Below are positions 52,622 to 64,000 of a DNA stretch of 64,000 bases, in pieces. Within the stretch, counting starts at the first letter, position 1, and each line of letters starts with the position of its first letter. Source of the DNA: Candidatus Bathyarchaeota archaeon (lineage in GTDB: Archaea > Thermoproteota > Bathyarchaeia > Bathyarchaeales > Bathycorpusculaceae); NCBI GenBank assembly GCA_963806535.1, contig CAWDYC010000010.1, positions 69,085 through 133,084 on the forward strand, given 5' to 3'. Under the pieces are notes generated by a model. The model saw only the letters and a list, made by a program, of their open reading frames with translations. It did not search any database and was not told the DNA's origin. The position numbers and the translations under genes are program-made.

Positions 52622-53940
52622 GCATTGACGCTCTCTATCAGTTTCATCATTTCTTTCTTGAGCTCGTCGAGTCTTTTTTGTTCTCTTGCCTCTATCGATA
52701 AGCGGAGTATAGGTGATGTGTTTGATGCTCTGATCAGAGCCCACGAATCTGGAAAAATAATTTTGACGCCATCAATTGTGTCTACGTTTTGATATGTAAC
52801 CAAAACCTTTTCTTTTATCTTGTTGATGACTTGAAACTTCTTTTCGTCAGAGCACTGTATTTCGATTCTTTCGAAAAGCCTCGACGGCAACTCTTTCACG
52901 GCTTCTGACAGTTTCTGTCCCATTTTTGAGACTATTTCTGCCATGTACATGCTGTTTATTATTGCATCATCAAACCAGAAGAACTTTGGAACACAGATGT
53001 GACCAGATTCTTCAACACCAATAACAGCTTTATGTTTCTTGGTTTCCTGCACCAAAAAAGTGTGCCCAACTGGTATTCGAAACACTTTTTCCCCATATTT
53101 CTTAACCTCATCCTCTATTATGTCTGAGCATTCAATGTTGGCGACGACAGGGCCCCTCTGAGTTTTCATAATGTCCCTGATAAAGATAATCGCGCTTTGC
53201 TCAGTCATGATCACTTTGCCTGTGTCATCAACAAAAATGGCTCTGTCGCCATCGCCATCGAACGCTATTCCGAGATCAGCCTTCTCTGATACAACCTTCT
53301 TGCAGAGAGCGGTCAAGGCTTCAGGTTTCGGTTCAGGGTCTCTGTTCGAGAACTTTGGGTCGGGCCAATCAAATAGGAAAGAGGCTTGAACACCGATTTT
53401 CTTGAGGATCTTGGGAACCAAACGACAAGCAGCCCCGTTTCCGAAGTCAGCGACCACACTTATTTTCGCTGGTTTTATTTTTTCAGCCACGAAATTAGCG
53501 TATTCTGCATCCATTCCCTCAAGCTTCTTCACGGACCCGGCGCCTGTTTTGAAATTTCCTGAGGCGCTTATCTCCCCCAGTTTTTTGTTCTCTTCTTCGA
53601 AGAAGCCGACTCCATCTTGATGGAAAAATTTGACGCCATTCCACTCCGCCGGCAGATGAGACGCAGTTATATACGCAGTCGCATCATTTTTCATTTTCCA
53701 GTTGGCAAAGACACAGAGACTCGCTGGACAAGTACCAACCAAATTCGCATTTGAACCCGTTTTTTTCAGTCCTGAAACAAACGCCTCCTCAAGTTGAGCT
53801 CCATGCTCTCTGAAGTCTCTTCCAATCGTATAATTGCCAGGGCACAAGGTTCCTGCTGCTTCACCTATTCGAGTCATAATCTCTTCCGTCAAGTCTTTAC
53901 CATAAATTCCTCTTATGTCGTACGCTCGAAAAATACCCAT
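52618..53940 (-). CDS. Phosphoglucomutase/phosphomannomutase
   Basis: IFRAYDIRG, ITASH, FDGDGDR, GVEESGH, LIRASNT. Confidence 0.95.
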   Translation of the reverse strand: MGIFRAYDIRGIYGKDLTEEIMTRIGEAAGTLCPGNYTIGRDFREHGAQLEEAFVSGLKKTGSNANLVGTCPASLCVFANWKMKNDATAYITASHLPAEWNGVKFFHQDGVGFFEEENKKLGEISASGNFKTGAGSVKKLEGMDAEYANFVAEKIKPAKISVVADFGNGAACRLVPKILKKIGVQASFLFDWPDPKFSNRDPEPKPEALTALCKKVVSEKADLGIAFDGDGDRAIFVDDTGKVIMTEQSAIIFIRDIMKTQRGPVVANIECSDIIEDEVKKYGEKVFRIPVGHTFLVQETKKHKAVIGVEESGHICVPKFFWFDDAIINSMYMAEIVSKMGQKLSEAVKELPSRLFERIEIQCSDEKKFQVINKIKEKVLVTYQNVDTIDGVKIIFPDSWALIRASNTSPILRLSIEAREQKRLDELKKEMMKLIESVNA

Positions 53941-53978
53941 TTTTTGTCACTTCACAGTTTTTGGACCAAAATGTTGAC

Positions 53979-55752
53979 CTAGAGATAGGCGTCTGTAGCG
54001 TATCTTCGCATCATTCGATGTGTATTGAAGTAATATGCGATTTTGCCTATAGAGTTTCTCATCATGCCTATCCAACTGTCGCGCTCTTGGTAGAATTTTG
54101 GAATGATTATGTATTCCAGCTTGTTGTAGAGATCATTGATTTCTCTTTTTCTTCTTTGTTCTTCGCTTATCGCTTGATTAGGAGACGGACCTATCGCCCA
54201 TCCTGTGAGGCCTTCAACGCAGCCTTCTATCCACCATCCGTCTAAAACACTAAAGTTAATTACGCCATTATGGGCTGCCTTCATTCCGCTTGTTCCAGAA
54301 GCCTCCATTGGCGGCATAGGCGTGTTGAGCCAAACGTCAACTCCCGAAGTCAACTTCTTCGCCATCTCCATGTTGTAATTCTCAAGATAGACTATTTCGA
54401 TTTCACCTTTCAAACGGTTTATGTAAGCGTAAATTTCCTTGATGAGGTTTTTTCCAAGTTCATCCTTCGGATGCGCCTTTCCAGCGAAAATAAGTTGAAT
54501 CTTGCCCTGACTATTGACTTCTGTGAGCTTTTCTAGATCTGAAAAAATCATTGTTGCCCTCTTGTACTCTGTGGCTCTTCTGGCAAAACCCAATGTTAAA
54601 GCGTCGGAATCCATCTGGAGCCCCGAACTAGTGTGAACAAAGTCGAGTAAATCTTGTTTAGCTTTCGTGTGAGCTTCCCACAGATCCTCGTCAGGAACGG
54701 TATCGACTCTAACCAGAAGTTCGGGTTCATTGGCCCATCGGGGAATACATTTGTCGAATAGTTTTCTAAAATATGAGCAGGTCCAGGTGTAGGAATGGAC
54801 GCCGTTGGTTATTTCCTGTATGTGATATCCCGGAAACAGTTTTCTTGAGTATTCCATATGTGCTTCTGTTACTCCGTTAGTGTATTTGCTCAGGTTTAAG
54901 GCCAGAAGAGTCATGTTCAATTTGTCAGATCCGCCGTATTCTTTCAAGCTTTTTTCGGGTACTTCTGTTTCAAGAACTTCCGAAAGAAGGTCGTATGAGA
55001 ATTTGTCAAATGCAGCAGCCACCGGAGTATGGGTCGTGAAAACACACCGGTTTTTTACTTTGTCAGCATTCAAATCATTGTTCTTTAGCAGTTCAAGGGT
55101 AAGTAGACTGCTATGGCCTTCGTTCATGTGATATTTCTTAACATTAATTTTCAGCGCTTCAAGTATACGTAACCCGCCTATTCCCAAAACAATTTCTTGC
55201 TTTAATCTGTATTTTTCGTCTCCTCCATAAAGAAAATCTGTAATTTCCCTATCCTCTTGAGTGTTCCCTTCAACATCGGTTGTAAGGAACAGTACAGGAA
55301 TGGTTCCGCCCGTTAGGCTCTCTTGCTCATAGACCCAAACGCCGATTCTGACATCTCGCCCAGAAATTTTTACGGTGGCAGTTTCTGGTAATAGTTTCAT
55401 GAACTTTGAGGGATCCCATTCTTCAGGATATTCCATTTGCCATCCATCAGGCGTTAATTTCTGTTTAAGATAGCCTTTTTTGCTGACTAAGGTTAATGCA
55501 ACTAATGGAATTCTCAAATCTGCACTTGATCTAATCACGTCACCCGCCAAGAACGCCTAGTCCTCCGCTGTAGGTTGGCATGGCAGAGTTTATGCCGATT
55601 TCCATGGAAAAGTAAGCAATTTTGGCGCCTTCGATGAAGCTGCTCATGCAATACTCGCTGTCAAAATAATATTGCTTAGACAAAAAATTCGCAGTAAACT
55701 GAGTTTTAGAAGAGTCTAAAGGCATTCCACAAACAGGATCCTTGATAAACAT
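53979..55752 (-). CDS. glgP: Alpha-glucan phosphorylase with N-terminal YHS/TRASH domain; frameshift near 55545
   Basis: KDPVCGM...YYFDSEYC, then IAYFSMEIG...[41 protein letters not shown]. Confidence 0.92.
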
Positions 55753-55969
55753 ATAAACAAAAACCTCGCTAAGAAGGAGAGTCACCTTCAGCAATAATTA
55801 GTTTTCGTTCGAGCCAAAATTGCATTTTTGACGATTTACTGTTTGAGTTCAGCTAAGAACACCATGTGATGCACGACTTCTGCTGTCCGTTGGAAACGTT
55901 TCCATCCATGTTTGTTGGATCCAAAACACTTAAGACTCAAATTCCTTTCATTTCTATGATGACGTGAGA

Positions 55970-57200
55970 ATGGCGAAGTTTCTAACTTTAGACGATGTGG
56001 AAGTTAAGAATAAAGTAGTACTTGTTAGAGTTGACTTCAACTCACCCATAGATCCCGAAACCAAGAAAATTATAGATGATTCGAGAATTCGAGCGCATGG
56101 AGAATCAACAATAAAAGAGCTATCAGAAAAAGGGGCAAAGGTTGTCGTTTTGGCGCATCAAGGACGCAAGGGTGATTCAGATTTTATACCCCTAAAACAA
56201 CACGCTGAAATCCTTGCTAAGGTTCTGGGCAAACCAGTCAAATACGTGGATGACCTGTACGGTGAAAAAGCAAAAGCGGCGATCAAAGAATTGAAGAGCG
56301 GAGAAATCCTTGTTTTAGAAAATGTTAGAATGTTCGATGCGGAAACTGAAGAAGGAACGCCTGAAGAACAAGCAAAAAAACCACTTGTTGTTAATCTTGC
56401 TCCGCTAGCTGACTTGTTCGTAAACGACGCCTTTTCAGCAGCCCACAGAGCGCACGTATCAATCATAGGCTTCACAACCGTGTTACCAAGTGTTGCAGGA
56501 CGCGTAATGGAAAGAGAGCTTAGGTCCTTGAGGAAGATTCTGGAAAAACCAGAGAAGCCATGCTTATTTGTTTTAGGCGGAGCGAAGGCAGATGATTCCC
56601 TTGAAATTTCAAGTTATGTTTTGAACAATGGAATAGCAGATTTTGTACTCACAGGCGGAGTTGTTGGCCACGTTTTCCTAGTGGCGATGGGTTTTGACCT
56701 TGGCAAACAAAACATGGCTTTCCTAGAGTGACAAAAATTTCTCGGTCTTAGTCTCAGGCATAAAAGAACTTATGCAAAAGTATCCAGACAAAATCAAAGC
56801 CCCGAAAGATTTGGCTGTAGAAGTCAACGGAAAAAGAAAAGAGATTTCTGTTCATGAACTCCCAACAGATTTTCCCATATTTGACATTGGAACAGAAACG
56901 GTTGAGGATTATGGCAAGATAATAAGGGTGGCGAAGTCAATTGTCGTCAGCGGACCAATGGGAGTTTTTGAAAACAGCGAATTCATGTTCGGAACGAAAA
57001 GGATTTTTGAAGAAATCGCGAATTCGAAAGCCTTTTCCATAGCTGGAGGTGGTCATACAACAGCAGCATTACATGAGCTCAAGCTAGCAGACAAGATTTC
57101 CTATGTTAGCACTGCTGGCGGCGCGTTAACCGAGTTCCTGATGGGCAAACAGTTGCCAGGTGTTACAGCATTAGAGAAGGCAGCCACCAGAGAAACATAG
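55970..57200 (+). CDS. pgk: Phosphoglycerate kinase; single-base insertion near 56729
   Basis: RVDFNSP, HQGR, LENVR, NDAFSAAHR, GGAK, GPMGVFE, STAGGA. Confidence 0.95.
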
Positions 57201-58626
<1,426 letters not shown>

Positions 58627-58652
58627 AACGAATTTTTGGAGATGACGTCTGA

Positions 58653-59977
58653 GTGAAAGATATAGAATTTTCTTTTGAAGATGCAATGATCCCTCAACAG
58701 AGGATCCTCGAAACTGCAGAAAGATTGAGACCTATGATTAGAAATATGGCAACTGCTATTTCTGAAGGCTACGAAGGTGATCTGGCTTCGCTATACCTAC
58801 CTGATGACAGACTCATGTTAGGCAAAGTTAGACAAGTCATAGGAGAGAATCTGCAACTGAAGCCGGTTTACCTCATTGTCGTGGGCATTGGCGGTAGCAA
58901 TCTAGGGACGATAGCTGTTCAGGAAGCTGTTCTTGGAAAGCTGTACAATCAATTGACGGCGGCTACAAAGGTGTTATATGCTGACACAGTTGACTCAGAC
59001 AGCATTAACAACATAATCACGCTCGTCAAACCCGTATTAGAAAAAGGCGGCAACATCTACTAAATGTGATAAGCAAGTCGGGAACTACAACGGAAACGAT
59101 AGCTAACGCTGAGGTTCTCATAGATTTATTACGAAGGCACAAGAAAGATTACAAAAAGTGCATTACTGTTACTTCAGATAAAGACTCAGAACTTTGGAAC
59201 ATTGCCGTCAAAGAAGGATTCAAGGTTTTAGAAATACCGAAGAAAGTTGGTGGAAGATACTCTGTCTTTTCGCCTGTAGGTCTGTTTCCTCTTGGATTGT
59301 TAGGAATAGATATTGAGCGGTTATTGGATGGAGCAAGAGCCATGCAGAGATAGCCTGTATCGACGCGAATGTTGAAAAAAACCCTGCAGCGATAAGTGCA
59401 GCAATACAGTACCTGCATTATGAGAGCGGAAAGAACATATCTGACTTGTTTCTATTCGCGAATGATTTAGAGTCTTTAGGCAAATGGTGCAGGCAATTAA
59501 TGGCTGAAAGCTTGGGCAAAGAATTCAACAAGAAGGGGGAGAAAGTGAACATAGGCATAACTCCAGATATCTCAATAGGCTCAACTGATTTGCATTCAAT
59601 GGCGCAACTTTATCTTGGAGGGCCATACGACAAATTTACGACGTTTCTAAGCGATCGAAAATAGTAATTCCCGCATAAATGTGCCAACGCTAAAAGAATA
59701 TTCTGAACTTGTCTATGGAATCCAAGGTAAGAGTTTGGAAAGTATAATGAGTGCAAAGTAGACGGAACAAAGGCTGCTTTCAGAAAGGGTAAACGGCCAT
59801 TCATGGAGATAACAGCTACCGTGTAAATCGGAATATTCCATAGGACAGTTCTTGCAGTTCAAGATGATAGAGACTATCTTTTTGGGATATCTATTAGACG
59901 TAAATCCTTTCGACCAGCCAAACGTTGAAAGCTACAAGGAAGAAACTCGGAAAATATCTGCAGAAAAATTAAACTAA
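58653..59977 (+). CDS. pgi: Glucose-6-phosphate isomerase (SIS-type); several frameshifts
   Basis: GIGGSNLG, ISKSGTTTET, VGGRYSV, QLMAESLGK, DLHSMAQ, NPFDQPNVESYK. Confidence 0.9.
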
Positions 59978-60228
59978 CTAGGTAAGATCTGCCTTAGACC
60001 AGTCTTGAAAGGACTGCGTATTGTCTGTTTCCAGAACAGACGTCAAAATGGAAACCTGTTGTAGGATGCATTTCAAGGTCATAATTCAGCTGCAGACGAA
60101 GTTGCTAAAGGTATGGAAAATGCCCCCACGGCAAAGAAGTACTCGTGAAGCTCCATGTCGTAAGTCAACTTATAGTAGATGAATCTTCGGAAGCATAGAC
60201 TTTTGCAAAGGCTACTAAAGTTGCACCT

Positions 60229-61586
60229 TCATCCCATATTTGTGTTCATTTCTCTAAGCAATTCTCTTCTTGTCCCTTTTCTGACTCTTATGTATCTTTT
60301 CACAGGTGAAATTTTACCGTGTTTTTCTTCTACGATGTTGTACTTCTCAAGTATTCGAAGAACCTCTGCGAGACTCCAGTGCTTGAGAAGTGGTTCCTCC
60401 TGGCTCGTAAGGTGGATCTCCAGAAAACAATTCTGGAAGGGACCTAAAGGGACTTTCCACAGCAAAACCTCACTAGCGGACCGATGTTCTGGGCAATTTC
60501 ATCGCGAATTGGATGGAGTGCTTTCCCCATGAGACAGGCGAACACTTGATAGAGCATCACAATAGGGTCCGATTAGCCATGGCCAAGCAGTGCCTTGATG
60601 GTATGCCAGATCTTTTTTATTACTAGGCAGATACGTATCAAAAATACCTCTGTACTGGGAATCTCTGGGAGAGAGGGTGCGCAATCCTCCGGGCGTCAGC
60701 AAATCTTTTTGTGCTGATTCGACTACCCGAGTCTGACGGTTTTGGGGAAGGAGGTCTCCCCCGTGACTCACAGCGAGAACCATATTAGGTCGAATTGCCC
60801 CTCATGGGCGTCTCCCTCAATGACATCTAGCAAAGCATTCTCAGACCAATTCCAAAATTTGCTATTGAAAGATTTTTTGATGTCACAGCGAGTGAATCAT
60901 AATCTCTTGCTTTAAGTAAATTCTTTTCCTGCCTTTCTAACGTTGCCAAAAATCTTATGTTATCATACCAAAGCGCATTGATTTCGACTGCCTTACCATT
61001 TCTTGGAGTCACGATTGTTCTGCCAGTACCTGAAGGGTCGGCATCCATCCAAGTTGCTTGGGGTGGACTTACAATAAGCGAGTCATTTTCATCCATCTTG
61101 ATGATTTGTTCTTTTCCAAAACGTTCATAACTGGTGCCATTCTTGTACGCATCTATTATCCTTCTTAGAACGGGAAGAACATTTCTGACGCAAAGTTCAA
61201 ATCGCACGTAAATTGCCAGTACGACTTCATTGCCTGAATGAACCACAATGGAGCGCCCACACTATTGTATTCAATCTTATTCTTCTTTATTCTATTTGGT
61301 ATCAAACCGTTTTTCTCATATGTAGCAAAATCTCTCACGATTTGTTTCGCTTCATGAAATCGTTTGGTGACGAGAAGAATCCGGGAATTGAAATGAACGT
61401 GTCTCTTCCCATTCTTCAAGAAACCAGTCTCTATTAGCCGCCCATATCTGGACGGTTCCATCCACATGTTAACGAAAGAATCCGCAGCGTGAATAAAAGT
61501 TTCGAGAACTGGATATTTCCCCAAAAAGAATCGTCATCTTCACCGTATACAAGTCTAGTGGGTTGATTTCCTACCATAGAAAACAT
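60229..61586 (-). CDS. Amylo-alpha-1,6-glucosidase (glycogen debranching enzyme, GDE_C); several frameshifts
   Basis: WGRDTFIS, GLIPN, TWMDA, TPRNGKAVEINALWY, LLTPGGLRTLSP, AYHQGTAWPWL, WSLAE. Confidence 0.85.
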
Positions 61587-61627
61587 CTTCTCGTTTATTT
61601 TTGACCGCTTGATCTTAAAAACCCGCG

Positions 61628-62591
61628 CTACGTCGTCAATACTCTTGCCAGGTCTAGTAGGCTCAGATCAATTGGTTTCTCTGTCTTGCAGGATTCCTCA
61701 AGCCCCATGCTCGTTATTTTGCCATTCTGCAACACAACCGCACTGCTTTTTTGTTGTTCATCTATTAGTTCAACCGCTTTGTTAGCGAATAGGCTAGCCA
61801 GAAGTCTGCTTCTTGCCGATGGATTTCCGCCTCTTTGGGTGTAGCCTAAAACGCTAAGCCTGACTTCAGCATCCGTGGCTTTCTCGATTTCAGTTGCAAG
61901 TAGACGGGTGTCTCCGATTCCTTCAGCCGCGACGATGATGGCTGACTTTTTTCCTCTTTCTTTAGCTTCTCTAATAGCTTGGAAGATTCTTTCATTTTCG
62001 TATTTTACTTCTGGAATCAGAATCATTTCGGCTCCAACTGTGAGCCCAACGGCTAGTGCAAGGAAACCTCTTGTTCGCCCCATGACTTCAACTATGAAGA
62101 TCCTTTCGAGGGAGACAGCTGTATCGCGTATCTTGTCGATTTCGTTTACTGCCGTATTTACTGCGGTGTCGAATCCTATTGTTTCATCCGTTCCGAAAAC
62201 ATCGTTGTCGATTGACGCAGGAACCCCTGCTATTAGTGTGCTGGTTTTTTTGCTTAGTTCTAGAGCTCCTTGGAGAGAACCGTTACCGCCAATAACAACA
62301 AGTCCTTCGACATTGTTTAACGCAAGAGTTTCAGCCGCTTTCTTGATCGCTTCATCTTTTTTGAATTCTAGGGCATCTTGATGTATGAAGGATTGTTCCG
62401 CCCAAATGCAATATTCCTCCAACAGAACGGGGATTCAAACGTCTAAACGAGTTTGTCAGTAAGCCTTCCCAACCCCTTTCAAAGCCTATGACTTCAAAGT
62501 TTTTTGAGTAGGCAATACGTACGATGCCTCGAATAGCTGCGTTCATGCCAGGCGCATCCCCGCCACTTGTCACCACACCTATAATCTTCAA
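61628..62591 (-). CDS. pfkA: ATP-dependent 6-phosphofructokinase; frameshift near 62365
   Basis: TSGGDAPGMNAAIR, GGTIL, IGGNGS, SIDND, VEVMGR, LGYTQRGG. Confidence 0.92.
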
Positions 62592-62767
62592 AAATCATTC
62601 CTCAAATAGACAAAACGAATGGGAATGCTTTAGCTTTTCTCTTCACCTTTTTGAAAAGACCTACCCCTGAGCATGCTTTAAAGTTTTGAGTTCATGTGAC
62701 AATTCAACAAGCTAACATTTAGTTTTGCTATCTTCTCGTTGATTCCCTTGCAAGTCTCTAATGCCGA

Positions 62768-64000
62768 TCAAGTTGCTTTCTTGCTGGCATAGCTGTCATA
62801 GATGGCAAGAGTTTGCTCGGCAACACTTTTCCAAGTGAAATGCTTCAAGACTGTTTTTCGTCCATTAATACCCCACTGCTTGGCTCTGGATGGGTCTTTG
62901 AGTACCTCTTTGAGTCCCCACGCAATGTCCACTGGGTTCCCACCATCCACATGAACCCCGTTTTGCTCCCGGACCTGCTGGCACGACCTGCTCACGAAAA
63001 CCAACCACGCCCTTAGCGCCGACCACCACAGGTTTTTCCATAGACATGGCTTCCAAACTCACTATGCCAAACGGTTCATAGATAGAAGGGAAAACGCACA
63101 AATCAGAAGCTGCATAATGCATAATCCGCTCCTCTTCAGACACAAATTCAGGGCGGTATTCTACGTTCTTGCTAATGCCAGATAGATCCGCAAGTTCAGT
63201 TATGTCCTGCTGCTCCTCGCCCTTTCCAAGTATTACCAGCTTTGCCTTTGGATATTCAGCCAAGACCAAAGGCATCCCCTGAACGAGGTTCCGGACACCT
63301 TTAACCCACGTCAAACGACCAAGAAAGTATCATAGTTTCATCTTTGGCTATTCCATATCTTTGCCTGAGCTTCTGCACATCCTCTGACTTTGATTTTTGA
63401 GGATCGTATTTTTCTGGATCAACGCCGTTCCAAACCACATGTATCTTTGATTCTCGCCAGCCTTGCTTAGCTAAATCTTCCTTCATTGCGTGACTTACTG
63501 TTCTATTCCGTCTGCCTTTTCAGCCATCACTGTCTCCAAATGATTTACAGTAGCTGAGCCTTCTCCACCGCTTCTTCCACTCGGTTGAGTGAACGTGAAA
63601 TACTACGGGTATTTTCAACTCGTTCTTGCAGATTATTCCTGCTATGCTGCTCAACCAGTCGTTAATGGTAACAATGGCGTAGTCGTAATTCTCTTGTTTT
63701 ATGACGGTTTTTATCATTTGTGCAGCTGCCAACATATTGTAAGCGAATATATCGGTGAAGAATTTTATGTTTGTACCCCAACGTTTAAGGTCGTCTGCCA
63801 CAAACAATGGAAATACGTTGCTATCTTCCACGAGGAGCGGCCTGTGAATGTCAACACCGCCCAAAATTTCTCTTGTTTTCAAGTTTCCAGGGTTAACTGT
63901 GTAAACAGAGACATCCCCATCCTAAAGTGACAAACTCCTTTGTCATGTACTAAGCGTGACCGAATCCACCGACGATTGCAGGCGGATACTCCATCACAAA
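62768..64000 (-). CDS. GT4 glycosyltransferase (glycogen-synthase-like); several frameshifts; start at or just beyond window end
   Basis: EYPPAIVGG, NDWLS, HVHSTE, VWNGVD, EPFGIVSLEAM. Confidence 0.85.

Noticed and set aside
52622-52744. 41-aa N-terminal extension of ATPase copy 2 in the ORF track
   Set aside because: Overlaps pgm coding sequence; the ATG at 52621 forming an ATGA overlap is the more plausible start.

Overview
Archaeal chromosomal window, most consistent with Bathyarchaeia. Support: aRF1, Ftr, the MA1821/MA1822-type aspartate-semialdehyde sulfurtransferase operon, expanded secreted kelch/PQQ beta-propeller proteins, DUF5752 and an eL22-like gene. Layout: (i) 1-6.5 kb core-like genes (hom, lysC, AbrB, DUF123, acyltransferase-3, YyaL); (ii) ~6.6-28.5 kb variable island of secreted/surface proteins, two DDE insertion sequences in a composite-like unit, gene remnants, and an operator-HTH-'GWLP' membrane-protein module; (iii) 28.6-33.8 kb homocysteine/sulfide genes, ftr and prf1, followed by a tRNA-Pro(TGG) lacking its 5' end; (iv) 34-49.7 kb ion/pH/redox genes (ClC, P3A H+-ATPase, two CPA1 antiporters, aquaporin); (v) 49.8-64 kb glycogen/EMP cluster in which glgP-pgm run into a second H+-ATPase with a DUF5752-like tail. 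Over 20 genes, including housekeeping ones, are split by single-base indels, most likely long-read consensus errors, so they are reported as single CDSs. Best candidates for undescribed systems: the HTH/GWLP module (16.7-18.6 kb), three copies of the sulfurtransferase promoter/5' end punctuating the island, the glycogen-linked H+-ATPase, and the 5'-truncated tRNA. All family assignments come from motif recognition by eye, not database searches.
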